Positions 50,172-59,211 of a stretch of 60,099 bases of DNA are shown here, one piece after another. Location: IMG/VR virus record IMGVR_UViG_3300044631_002674, positions 1 to 60,099 of that record; one strand, given 5' to 3'. Numbering within the stretch: position 1 is the stretch's first letter; each line of letters begins with the position of its first letter. A program made the translations under genes and the position numbers. Source of the DNA: a virus. Its lineage: Duplodnaviria; Caudoviricetes. The notes under the pieces are model-generated. The model made no database searches, was not told where the DNA came from, and saw nothing but the letters and a program-made list of their open reading frames with translations.

Positions 50172-50527
50172 TGGCCAAACAAAAACAGCCAAATAAAAAA
50201 CTCATAGTTTCTAAATTTGTTGAAATTCCTGCCAAATCAAAGCGGGAGTTTTGGCAAAGAGAATATGTTTTATTGGGGCGTTTGGCCGAAAGATACAGTT
50301 TGGAGTTTCTAAGAGATACCAGCTTCCCATTAAAAGGGGAGAGTTTGGCTATTTTATTCGCGCCCAAAATCCTTCAAGATTTAGATAAAAGGTTCAAAAT
50401 TTATAGTTCTGGCTCTCGTATAAATAGAGAACCAGAAACCATTCTTAGAGACGATCCTTCTCAAAAACGAGAAATCGCAGTCCGCAAACCCAAAACAATT
50501 AGAGATTTTTTAAATGAAAAAGACTAA
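50171..50527 (+). CDS. hypothetical protein
   Basis: 118-aa ORF coupled to recA. Confidence 0.7.
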   Translation: MAKQKQPNKKLIVSKFVEIPAKSKREFWQREYVLLGRLAERYSLEFLRDTSFPLKGESLAILFAPKILQDLDKRFKIYSSGSRINREPETILRDDPSQKREIAVRKPKTIRDFLNEKD

Positions 50528-51653
50528 AGAAACAGAAGAAAAGAAAATCACTTCCTCAGAAGTTCTTGGCTCGTTTTTAAAGCAAAACGCAGAAGATCAC
50601 TATAACTTTGAAGAAACAGTGGATTACAAGGTTTCGAGTGGGTCATTACAGCTTGATCTTCAATTGGGCGGAGGTTTTGGGCCAGGATTGCACCGTTTTT
50701 GTGGCATTAATGAGTCGGGTAAAAGTTCCCAATCCTTAGAGGTCATGAAAAACTTTCTTTTAAGCGTTCCTAATTCTAAAGGTTTTTATATTAAAGCGGA
50801 AGGAAGGCTTTCGCCAGAAATTCAAGCCCGTTCGGGCGTTAAATTTGTTTTTACGGCTGATGAATGGGCTGAAGGAACATGCTTTGTTTTTGAAAGTAAC
50901 GTATATGAAACAGTTGTTGATGCAATGCGTCAATTAGTTTCCAAGAACGAAGAAAAGATCAAGTTTTGCTTTCTGCTCGATTCCGTTGATGGGTTGATTG
51001 CAAAAAACGATATGGATAAATCTTTTGAAGAAAGCGCAAAAGTTGCAGGAGGGGCGGTAATCGCAGCAACATTTATGAAAAAAATGTCAATCGCTCTTGC
51101 TAAACGCGGACACATGGCTATTTTTATCTCTCAAGTTCGCGCAGATATTAAACTCGATCCTTATTCTAAAGCCCCCGTGCGGCAAACATCTGCAACAGGA
51201 GGTAATGCTCTCCTTCACTTTGCCAACTGGATTCTTGAGTTTGAACCTCGTTTCAAATCAGACTTGATTCTTAAAAACCCATCTGATAAAAATATTGATA
51301 TTCAAAAAAATCCTATTATTGGACACTGGGCCAAAGTTACTGTGAAAAAGTCTCCAAATGAGAAAACAAATCTAACCATTCCATATCCCATCAGATATGG
51401 CAGAACTGGCGGCAAATCAATCTGGATTGAAAAGGAGATTGTTGACCTGCTTCTTGCTTGGGAGCTTGTTAATAAGGGAGGCGCATGGTTCACTCCTAGT
51501 GAAGACTTCGTTCAGCTTTTAACTGAAAACGGACTTCTCTTTCCAGAGAAAGTTCACGGCGAAGCTGCGCTCTTTAAGACAATCGAAGATGATGAAAAGC
51601 TTCTCTTGTTTTTGATTGAATATTTTCGCAAAATGATTTCCAATGAAGTTTAA
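50514..51653 (+). CDS. recA: RecA/UvsX-like recombinase
   Basis: SSGSLQLDLQLGGG, GINESGKS, LDSVDGL, FISQVR, TGGNALLHFA, GGAWF. Confidence 0.88.
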   Translation: MKKTKETEEKKITSSEVLGSFLKQNAEDHYNFEETVDYKVSSGSLQLDLQLGGGFGPGLHRFCGINESGKSSQSLEVMKNFLLSVPNSKGFYIKAEGRLSPEIQARSGVKFVFTADEWAEGTCFVFESNVYETVVDAMRQLVSKNEEKIKFCFLLDSVDGLIAKNDMDKSFEESAKVAGGAVIAATFMKKMSIALAKRGHMAIFISQVRADIKLDPYSKAPVRQTSATGGNALLHFANWILEFEPRFKSDLILKNPSDKNIDIQKNPIIGHWAKVTVKKSPNEKTNLTIPYPIRYGRTGGKSIWIEKEIVDLLLAWELVNKGGAWFTPSEDFVQLLTENGLLFPEKVHGEAALFKTIEDDEKLLLFLIEYFRKMISNEV

Positions 51654-52050
51654 AACTCTACATGGGAAAGAAAAACTTTTAAAGAACGCTTCAAAATACT
51701 TGATTAACTGGCGCAAGAAAACACGCAGTAAGTTTCAAGATGAAGTAAAAAAATTCCTAAAGCTATATTGGGATGGAGATTTCGTATTTGAAGAATTGCG
51801 CCTTGTTGATACAAGAATGACATTCGATTTTTATAACGCCAATAAAAAAATAGCGGTCGAAGTTCAAGGCCAGCAACATACTAAATTTGTGCCATTTTTT
51901 CATGGAAATAGAAATGAATTTCTTCAACAATTAAAAAGAGATTCTAAAAAATTAGACTTCTGCGAGGCGAACGGAATTAAGCTTGTTGAAATCTATGACG
52001 TTTCAGAATTAAATAAAGATTTTTTTGAATCGCACGGAGTTTATCTGTAA
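51643..52050 (+). CDS. PD-(D/E)xK / Vsr-like endonuclease
   Basis: FDFY....IAVEVQGQQH...RDSKKLDFCEANGIKLVEI. Confidence 0.75.
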   Translation: MKFKTLHGKEKLLKNASKYLINWRKKTRSKFQDEVKKFLKLYWDGDFVFEELRLVDTRMTFDFYNANKKIAVEVQGQQHTKFVPFFHGNRNEFLQQLKRDSKKLDFCEANGIKLVEIYDVSELNKDFFESHGVYL

Positions 52051-52058
52051 TATAAGTT

Positions 52059-52346
52059 ATGTCAAAGAATAAACTCAAAGAGATGTTAAAATTTGAAATG
52101 CCATCAAATTTTATTGAACAAGTTTATGAACTAAGTGGGAATGCTGACAAGCATAAAGGCGTATTGTTGGCTTATGTTTCAGAAGACGGAGCGCCAGTGA
52201 TTTACTCCAAATACGACTCTCAAATTGTAGAGTTTGGAATGAGAAAAGCCTTGGAAAAATATTTGATCAGTATTGATGAAGCTGAATCTTCATTCAGTCT
52301 TGGAGACGGCGAAGAAATTGATGAAGATGATCTTGACGAAGATTGA
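52059..52346 (+). CDS. hypothetical acidic protein
   Basis: 95 aa; CTGTAA 8 nt upstream. Confidence 0.7.
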   Translation: MSKNKLKEMLKFEMPSNFIEQVYELSGNADKHKGVLLAYVSEDGAPVIYSKYDSQIVEFGMRKALEKYLISIDEAESSFSLGDGEEIDEDDLDED

Positions 52347-52369
52347 TTCTCTGCTATCGTAATAGCAGC

Positions 52370-54958
52370 ATGATCTACTCTTACGAACTCGAAAAACAAT
52401 TGCTGGCAGCGCTAATCAAAAAGCCAGAAAACTATTTTGAAATCTCTGCGTTTATTAATGAGAAGGATTTCTATAGTGAAGATAATAGTTTAAATAAAAC
52501 TATCTTTACAATTGTTCGTCAGGCTCTCGAAGCCCATGAAGAAATTGACGATGTAATCATTGCGCAGCGCGTGCAAAATCTTGGAATCTCATTTGATGAT
52601 GTGGTGAATGTGGCAGAATACGTCAAAAGTCTTGGAATGAGAAAGGTGGCCGATGGCAGTCTCATTAAAACAGCTAGAGAGTTAAAAAAATACACTATTC
52701 GCAGGGAGATTTATGAATCCTCCCAAAATATTGCGAAAAAGATGAAAACTCTTCCAGCGGAGAGTTCTTATTCAGAAATCATTTCTGTTGCTGATAAAGA
52801 ATACAATAGCCGCATCAACCAATACGAAGTTGGCAACGATTCTCCAGAAAACATCTATGATGAGATGGAGAATGTGATTGAAGAGCGCGGAGCGAACCCT
52901 GTCACAGAGTTTGGCATGATGGGGCCGCATAAAAAAATCAATGATATTTATGGCTCTCTCTTGCGGCCAGGGAATATCACTGTGATTGTTGCTAGAAGCG
53001 GTGTAGGCAAAATGAATCCATTATACACCAAAGTTCTTACGCCTACAGGATTTGTAGAAATGAGACATATTCATATTGGTTCGAAAGTAATTTGTCCCAA
53101 CGGTGAAACATCAACAGTTACTCGCGTTTTCGACCATAAAGATAAAGAAATTTATCGCATCTATTTGAAGGATGGGCGATATGCTGATTGTGGCCTAGAG
53201 CATCTTTGGAAAATTTTTGGACGCGATAAAAAAGGCGTTTACAACTGGCAAATTGTTGATACTCAAGAAATAATTAATCATCTTAATTGTTCTACAAAAA
53301 GAGTTTACCTTCCTCTCGTTGAGGAACTCTTGAAAGAAGATAAAGAGTTTGATATTCACCCTTATTGCATTGGGGCTTTTATTGGAGACGGCTGTTTGTC
53401 AACAGCGCCAATAATGGAATCTGCCGATATTGAAATCATTGATAAAATGCAAAAAATTCTTGAATGCGAAATTTCTTCTACAAAACCGACAAACTCTAAA
53501 TCAAAAGGTTACCGTTTCATGAAGAAAAACAGCAATGAAAACACTATAACCACCTCTCTTCGTAAATTAAATCTAATTGGAAAAAGAGCGTATGAAAAAT
53601 TCATTCCAGAAATTTATTTTAGCGGCTCATTCAATCAAAGAATAGAATTGCTGAGAGGGTTAATGGATACCGATGGAACTCTTTCTAAGAGCAAAGGCAG
53701 AAATGGGAAGTCTGAAAAGTATGGAAATCTTAGTTATTCAACGAGTTCAGAAAAATTGGCAAAAGATATTCAAAGACTCGTTTGGAGTATTGGGGGAATT
53801 GCGACCGTTCGTACAAAAAATACATTTTATAAAAAAAATGGAGAAAAAGTTCATTGTCGTTTGAGTTATAGGATTTCTATTAGATTTCGTAATCCGAATC
53901 ATTTATTCTTTGTTGCTAGAAAGAAGAACAAAGCTCCTAATTCTCATCAGTATCAGCATTCTGATCTAAAAATTCAGGTAGTTAAGGTTGAAAAACTTCC
54001 GAATAAAGAAGATTGTCGTTGTATTGAAATTGATAATAGCGAACATTTATATGTGATTGATGACTATATCGTTACTCATAACACTCAATTCTGCATGGAT
54101 TATTCCACCAAGGTTAGTTTGCAATATAATGTTCCTGTTCTTCATTTTGATAATGGAGAAATGAGCAAAGAAGAGTTGATCATGCGCCAATGTTCCGCTC
54201 TTAGCGGAGTTCCAATGCACTTGATTGAAAGCGGTCAATGGTTGCGAGCAGGAAAAGAAGTTGTTGAAAAAGTCCGCTCTGTGTGGTCAAAAGTCAAAAA
54301 GCTTCAATTTTATTATTATAATGTGGGCGGATTGGATGTTGATTCAATGATCAACACATTAAAAAGATTTTATTACTCTAAAGTTGGTCGCGGTAATCGA
54401 ATGATTTTTAGCTTTGACTATATTAAAACTACATCTGATAGCGGTGGCGGAAACAAGACAGAGTGGCAAATGGTTGGAGAAATGGTGGATAAATTCAAGC
54501 GCTGCGTACAAAAAGAAATTTTATATGACGGACTGCCAATTATTCCAATGATTACTTCTGTGCAATCAAACCGCTCTGGCATTACCAATAATCGCAACTC
54601 TCAAAATGTAGTTGATGACGAAAGCATTGTGTCTCTATCGGACAGAATCACTCAATTTTGCTCGCACATGTTTATTCTGAGAAATAAAACAACAGACGAG
54701 GTTCTGAATGAAGGCGTTAGATTTGGCACGCACAAATTAATTGATGTCAAGTCTAGACATTTAGGCAAAGATATTGCTGGCGCTGTTGAACCCGTGCGCG
54801 TGGGAGACACTCTTCGCAAGAACTTTATCAATCTAGAATTTAAGAATTTCCGCATTACTGAAAAGGGAGACTTGCGAGACATTGTGGAATTTAATAACAT
54901 TGGCGAAGGTGCTGAACAAAATGGAAGAAACACCGCTCCAGACTTTGATGAACTCTGA
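52370..54958 (+). CDS. dnaB: replicative DNA helicase DnaB-like, intein-containing
   Basis: ARSGVGK|intein|TQFC Walker A; EMS.EEL, FDYIK, QSNRSG. Confidence 0.9.
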   Translation: MIYSYELEKQLLAALIKKPENYFEISAFINEKDFYSEDNSLNKTIFTIVRQALEAHEEIDDVIIAQRVQNLGISFDDVVNVAEYVKSLGMRKVADGSLIKTARELKKYTIRREIYESSQNIAKKMKTLPAESSYSEIISVADKEYNSRINQYEVGNDSPENIYDEMENVIEERGANPVTEFGMMGPHKKINDIYGSLLRPGNITVIVARSGVGKMNPLYTKVLTPTGFVEMRHIHIGSKVICPNGETSTVTRVFDHKDKEIYRIYLKDGRYADCGLEHLWKIFGRDKKGVYNWQIVDTQEIINHLNCSTKRVYLPLVEELLKEDKEFDIHPYCIGAFIGDGCLSTAPIMESADIEIIDKMQKILECEISSTKPTNSKSKGYRFMKKNSNENTITTSLRKLNLIGKRAYEKFIPEIYFSGSFNQRIELLRGLMDTDGTLSKSKGRNGKSEKYGNLSYSTSSEKLAKDIQRLVWSIGGIATVRTKNTFYKKNGEKVHCRLSYRISIRFRNPNHLFFVARKKNKAPNSHQYQHSDLKIQVVKVEKLPNKEDCRCIEIDNSEHLYVIDDYIVTHNTQFCMDYSTKVSLQYNVPVLHFDNGEMSKEELIMRQCSALSGVPMHLIESGQWLRAGKEVVEKVRSVWSKVKKLQFYYYNVGGLDVDSMINTLKRFYYSKVGRGNRMIFSFDYIKTTSDSGGGNKTEWQMVGEMVDKFKRCVQKEILYDGLPIIPMITSVQSNRSGITNNRNSQNVVDDESIVSLSDRITQFCSHMFILRNKTTDEVLNEGVRFGTHKLIDVKSRHLGKDIAGAVEPVRVGDTLRKNFINLEFKNFRITEKGDLRDIVEFNNIGEGAEQNGRNTAPDFDEL
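53012..54082 (+). mobile_element. intein (357 aa) with LAGLIDADG endonuclease, class 3 signature
   Basis: starts MNPLYTKVLTPTG, ends IVTHN/T; HLW, CRCI and VTHN give the W-C-T triad; IGAFIGDG and LRGLMDTDG. Confidence 0.9.
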
Positions 54959-55994
54959 TGAAATAAAACTCTCGCTTGAGAAGCTTGGATATTCTTTAAA
55001 AGACTTTGGCAATCACTGGAGAACCAAGGCTTTATACCGTGGTGGCGATAATCCGACAGCAGTTAAAGTTTACAAAAATAGCGGCGTATGGCAGGATTAT
55101 GTTCAAGGAAACACATCCATGCCATTTGTCAAACTGGTTGAACTAACCCTTCAAACCAAAGACCCAAAAATTATCAAGCAATACGTTAGCTATAGTCAAG
55201 AAACTCAAGTACACTATATCGCAAAAGAAAAAATAGACATGGACAAAATTTACCCAAAAGAATGCTTGAATAGGCTATTCCCAAACTATTCATTCTATAA
55301 AAAGCGCGGAATCAGCGAAGAAACGCAGAAACTTTACCAATGCGGCTTGGCTGGCAACGGTCAAATGTATCAAAGAATCGTGTTTCCAATTTATGATTCT
55401 AATGGAGAAATTTTTGGATTCAGCGGTAGAAAAATTAATGATAATAACGAGGCTCCTAAATGGAAACATATTGGCACAAAAACAAAGTGGGTTTATCCAG
55501 CGTTTGTGCCCAGAGAGCAGACAGTTGACTCTCTCATTGACGAGAAGAAGGAAGTCATCTTGGTTGAAAGCATTGGAGATAGCTTGGCATTGACAGATGA
55601 GGGTTATGCCAACAACCTTGTTACTTTTGGCCTAGACTGCTCTCCAGCGCTCTTGAATTATCTTTGCTCCAAAGACCTGCGCAAGATCATTATCGCCACA
55701 AATAATGATAATGAAAAGCAAAAGAATCATGGCAAAATCGCCGCAATGAAAAACTATATGAAACTCAGTCAGTTTTTCGACTTTGAGCAGCTATTCGTTC
55801 AGCTTCCTTGGGCAAATGATTTCGGAGAAATGAAGCAGAAAGAAATGCCATTCAAAGAATGGTATAATGCTCCGTCAGCCTCTCAAGAGGCCAAATTAAA
55901 TGATTATAAAGATTTTTGCTCTGCTAATCGTACTTCTTTTCAAGAAAAGAAATTAGAAAAATTTTTTAAAAAAATACAAAACTTTGGAATCTAA
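54948..55994 (+). CDS. DNA primase (DnaG-like Toprim)
   Basis: RIVFPI...GFSGR....PKWKH, ILVESIGD, TNND. Confidence 0.85.
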   Translation: MNSDEIKLSLEKLGYSLKDFGNHWRTKALYRGGDNPTAVKVYKNSGVWQDYVQGNTSMPFVKLVELTLQTKDPKIIKQYVSYSQETQVHYIAKEKIDMDKIYPKECLNRLFPNYSFYKKRGISEETQKLYQCGLAGNGQMYQRIVFPIYDSNGEIFGFSGRKINDNNEAPKWKHIGTKTKWVYPAFVPREQTVDSLIDEKKEVILVESIGDSLALTDEGYANNLVTFGLDCSPALLNYLCSKDLRKIIIATNNDNEKQKNHGKIAAMKNYMKLSQFFDFEQLFVQLPWANDFGEMKQKEMPFKEWYNAPSASQEAKLNDYKDFCSANRTSFQEKKLEKFFKKIQNFGI

Positions 55995-57021
55995 AAATCG
56001 CACATCTCTATCGGCCAGCCGAATCAAAACAGCACAATCTTGTAGCTGGAAGTATTGGTGCTCGTATCATTTAAAGCTTCCTGATAAGAGTAATAGTGGA
56101 GCAAAACGCGGCTCCGTGTGTCATTTAGTTTTCGAATGTTTGGGCGAAAATCGCCACAAGAAACATTTTTCCATTATCGTTAAAAAGAGAGATGTTTTTG
56201 CCAGCAGGGCTGTTGAAAGATTAATTCGTAAACATGCGAAAAAAGAAGGCATCAATGATGAAGAAAACATCAAACAGATTTGCGATATGACGCTCGCTGG
56301 TCTTCAATATGATTTCTTTGGAGCAGAATGCGGCAAACCTTCACAAGCTTTAAGCGAGCAAGATTTTGAAATTGATGTTAAAGAAGGAAAGTTTGATTAT
56401 AGAATCAAAGGCTTCATTGATAAACTTTTCCTCTATAAGAAGCAAGGACTAGCCATTATACGAGACTTTAAAAGCAGCAAAGAGGTCTTTAAGGGCAAAG
56501 ACCTAGAAAACAATTTGCAGGATTTAATGTATTCTCTTGCGGTAAAAAAACTATTTCCCGATTATAAAAATCGCCGTTCTGAATTTTTATTTCTTAAATT
56601 CTTGCCAACAGAAAAGGGAGTTGTAAGAATGCCCGCATTAAGCGACGAAGAATTAGATGGCTTTCAATCTGAACTTACGGAAATTCAAAAATATTTAGAC
56701 AATTTTAATTTTCAAACCGCAATGTCTAATCTTGCGGCTTTTCAAGATTACCCAAAAGACAATTCTTTTAGCGGCCCCTTGCAATGTGGTAGAGCCACTT
56801 ACAAAGGAGAATTAAAGAAAGACGGTTCAATTAAATGGCATTGCCCATATAAATTTGATTTCTACTACTATAAAATCTGCGATATGAAAGGAACAATGAT
56901 TGCTTCATGTTTCTTGGAAGATTTTGACGAATACGTTAAAAAATATCCTGAAGATAAATATCTTTATCAGACAATGTGGTACCAAGGTTGTCCTGCATTC
57001 AATAAAGGAATTGACAGGTAG
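55984..57021 (+). CDS. PD-(D/E)xK exonuclease (Cas4/AddB-like)
   Basis: LSASRIK...C.WKY, GSVCH, GFIDKL, IRDFKSS, YSLA, C-terminal Cys residues. Confidence 0.8.
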   Translation: MESKNRTSLSASRIKTAQSCSWKYWCSYHLKLPDKSNSGAKRGSVCHLVFECLGENRHKKHFSIIVKKRDVFASRAVERLIRKHAKKEGINDEENIKQICDMTLAGLQYDFFGAECGKPSQALSEQDFEIDVKEGKFDYRIKGFIDKLFLYKKQGLAIIRDFKSSKEVFKGKDLENNLQDLMYSLAVKKLFPDYKNRRSEFLFLKFLPTEKGVVRMPALSDEELDGFQSELTEIQKYLDNFNFQTAMSNLAAFQDYPKDNSFSGPLQCGRATYKGELKKDGSIKWHCPYKFDFYYYKICDMKGTMIASCFLEDFDEYVKKYPEDKYLYQTMWYQGCPAFNKGIDR

Positions 57022-57039
57022 AACGTATCATGCTATACT
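57011..57039 (+). promoter_or_regulatory. sigma70-type promoter (extended -10)
   Basis: TTGACA-17nt-TATACT with TG extension, 5 nt upstream of ATG. Confidence 0.85.
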
Positions 57040-57044
57040 AAAGC

Positions 57045-57794
57045 ATGATCGCCCTCTTTAAGAGCACATATTCAATCGGGAAATCCATCCTAACGCTAGA
57101 CCATCCAAGCGAAGTAAAAGAGGGTGGCGCAGATAGCATTATTGCAATTGCAAAAGAAAACAATTTACCAGCAATATTCTTGGTAGAAGATTCAATGATC
57201 GGATTTCTGGAGGCTCATCAGAAATGCAAAGAGCACAATATTCAATTAGTTTTTGGACTTCGCATCTCATGCTGTAACAATGTCAGCGATGAAGATAAAA
57301 AATCTTCGGAGCACAAAATTGTTTTATTCGCAAAAAATGATGCTGGAGTTAAAGATTTGACGCGCATTTTTTCAATCACCAACCAAAACCATAATGGATT
57401 CGTTGACAGCATCACTCTCCATGAAAAATGGACAGAAAATTTAATGCTGTGTGTTCCATTTTACGATTCTTTTATTTACAATAATAATTTTAAAGGAAAG
57501 CAGTGTTTGCCAAATTTTAGTTTTACAAAAGTTATTTATTTTGTAGAGGATAATGATTTGCCATTCGATCACATTTTGAAATCCAAAGTTGAAAAATGGA
57601 TTAGTTTTCAAGGCGGCGAAATTCAAAAAACAAAGTCAATCTATTACAAAAACAGAAAAGACTTTGAGGCTTGGCAAACATATAAGTGTTTGTGTAATCG
57701 CGCCTTCGGCAAAGAACAGTCGCTTTCTAGCCCAAACTTGGAACACTGTGGCAGCGATTCATTCTCTTGGGAGGCATTTAAAAATGAAAGATAA
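57045..57794 (+). CDS. stand-alone PHP domain of DNA polymerase III alpha
   Basis: STYSIGKS, IQLVFGL, VLFAKNDAGVKDLTRIFS. Confidence 0.75.
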   Translation: MIALFKSTYSIGKSILTLDHPSEVKEGGADSIIAIAKENNLPAIFLVEDSMIGFLEAHQKCKEHNIQLVFGLRISCCNNVSDEDKKSSEHKIVLFAKNDAGVKDLTRIFSITNQNHNGFVDSITLHEKWTENLMLCVPFYDSFIYNNNFKGKQCLPNFSFTKVIYFVEDNDLPFDHILKSKVEKWISFQGGEIQKTKSIYYKNRKDFEAWQTYKCLCNRAFGKEQSLSSPNLEHCGSDSFSWEAFKNER

Positions 57795-58431
57795 TTTACT
57801 AAGATTCGATTTTAATCAGAAATATATTGTCCTGGACACGGAAACAGAGGGGCTTAACCTTCTTCATTCAAGACCTTGGCAAATCGCATGGATTGAAGCT
57901 GTTGGAAAGAAAATAGTCTCGCGCCAAGAGCGATACATTTATTGGCCTGATTTGAAAATTAGTGATGGTGCGGCGAAAATCACTGGTTTTAATTATGATA
58001 AATACCGTGCTCTTGCGAAATCTCCACAAGAGGTTTGGAATGAATTTTGTCCAAATCTTGATAATCATTTAGAAAAAAGCAAGACCAAAATCATTGGCCA
58101 GAACATTCTTGGATTTGATGTTTATATGCTTAATTCTTGGAAAAGAGCAATGGGTTTAGATTCTTGCTTTAATTATGTAGATCGCGTGCTTGATACAAAA
58201 GCTTTAGCAATGGCAATTGCCAAGGAATGCAGGTCTGTGGATTCAGATGATTTGATTTGCTGGCAGTATCGCTGGCTAAATCATCGAGAAAAGGGCATTA
58301 AGACAAGCCAAGCTCATCTCTTAAAACATTACGAAATTCCTCATGACCCTAGTAAATTGCACGGGGCACTCTACGACATCGAAATGACGTTTAGTATTTT
58401 TCAGAAACAGATTTTTGAGCTAGAAATTTAA
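57784..58431 (+). CDS. DEDDh 3'-5' exonuclease (Pol III epsilon-like)
   Basis: LDTETEGL, GQNILGFD, LDT, HGALYD. Confidence 0.85.
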   Translation: MKDNLLRFDFNQKYIVLDTETEGLNLLHSRPWQIAWIEAVGKKIVSRQERYIYWPDLKISDGAAKITGFNYDKYRALAKSPQEVWNEFCPNLDNHLEKSKTKIIGQNILGFDVYMLNSWKRAMGLDSCFNYVDRVLDTKALAMAIAKECRSVDSDDLICWQYRWLNHREKGIKTSQAHLLKHYEIPHDPSKLHGALYDIEMTFSIFQKQIFELEI

Positions 58432-59179
58432 TTCTTGCTGAATAAGCCTCTTCTTCTGTATTCCACCATCCTAAAAATTGACGCTTTACGTAAGCTCTCC
58501 ATTTTTTATTTCCCTTATGAAAGGAAATTCCTTTTTTATTTGAAGTCAGTTTTTCTAAAGAGTCAGAGATTTCTGTAAACTTATCAAATTTTCTTTTCAA
58601 ACCTATTCCATCGAATTTACTTCCATAAATAAAATTACCAACTTTTTTAATATCTGGGCCATATTTAACTTCGAAGGAAGAGCTATTACCACTCTTTGTT
58701 TTCTTTTCAAAAATTGAAAAATTCTCAATCTCTAAATAGCTAAATAAGTTTTTGACTTCGGACCAATCTTGATTTATAGTAGATGAAATCGAAAATGCTC
58801 CACTTTTTTTATTTTTACATTTATAAAAACAACCATCGGCATCAATGTATCCACGCCAAAAATATTTATGTAAATGTTCTGGTATAGCTTTTAGAATTTT
58901 TGTTGGAGCTAGATAAGATTTATTCAAACCATCCATTTCTAAAAGAAATGCTTTCAAAGCCTTATCTTTAAAATAAAAAGTTGAACGAATCTTTCTATTA
59001 GGCTGGGCGTATTCTGAATAAGAAAATTCAAAACACTCTTTAAATGTCTCAAATAATTTTTCTCCATCTTCTTTAACAATACAAATTCTTGGATTTGTAG
59101 GTCTATTATTTGATTTCATTCCGCCGTCACCCCAAAAAAATCCAAAAAAGTAAGCTGTTTTATTATTTATATCATACAT
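58391..59179 (-). CDS. double-motif LAGLIDADG homing endonuclease with C-terminal AP2-like domain
   Basis: AYFFGFFWGDG, FWRGYIDADG; KGISFHKGNKKWRAYV...LGWWNTEEEAYSAR. Confidence 0.85.
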   Translation of the reverse strand: MYDINNKTAYFFGFFWGDGGMKSNNRPTNPRICIVKEDGEKLFETFKECFEFSYSEYAQPNRKIRSTFYFKDKALKAFLLEMDGLNKSYLAPTKILKAIPEHLHKYFWRGYIDADGCFYKCKNKKSGAFSISSTINQDWSEVKNLFSYLEIENFSIFEKKTKSGNSSSFEVKYGPDIKKVGNFIYGSKFDGIGLKRKFDKFTEISDSLEKLTSNKKGISFHKGNKKWRAYVKRQFLGWWNTEEEAYSARIKFLAQKSVSEKY

Positions 59180-59211
59180 AGCAGTAGATATTACACATTT
59201 AATTTAATCTA

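Noticed and set aside
50514-51653. Intein in recA
   Set aside because: Normal length with an uninterrupted Walker A motif and no splicing motifs
58391-59211. Group I intron splitting dnaE
   Set aside because: The HEG is antisense and fills the gap almost fully, leaving no room for a ribozyme core; flanking ORFs have their own stop and start
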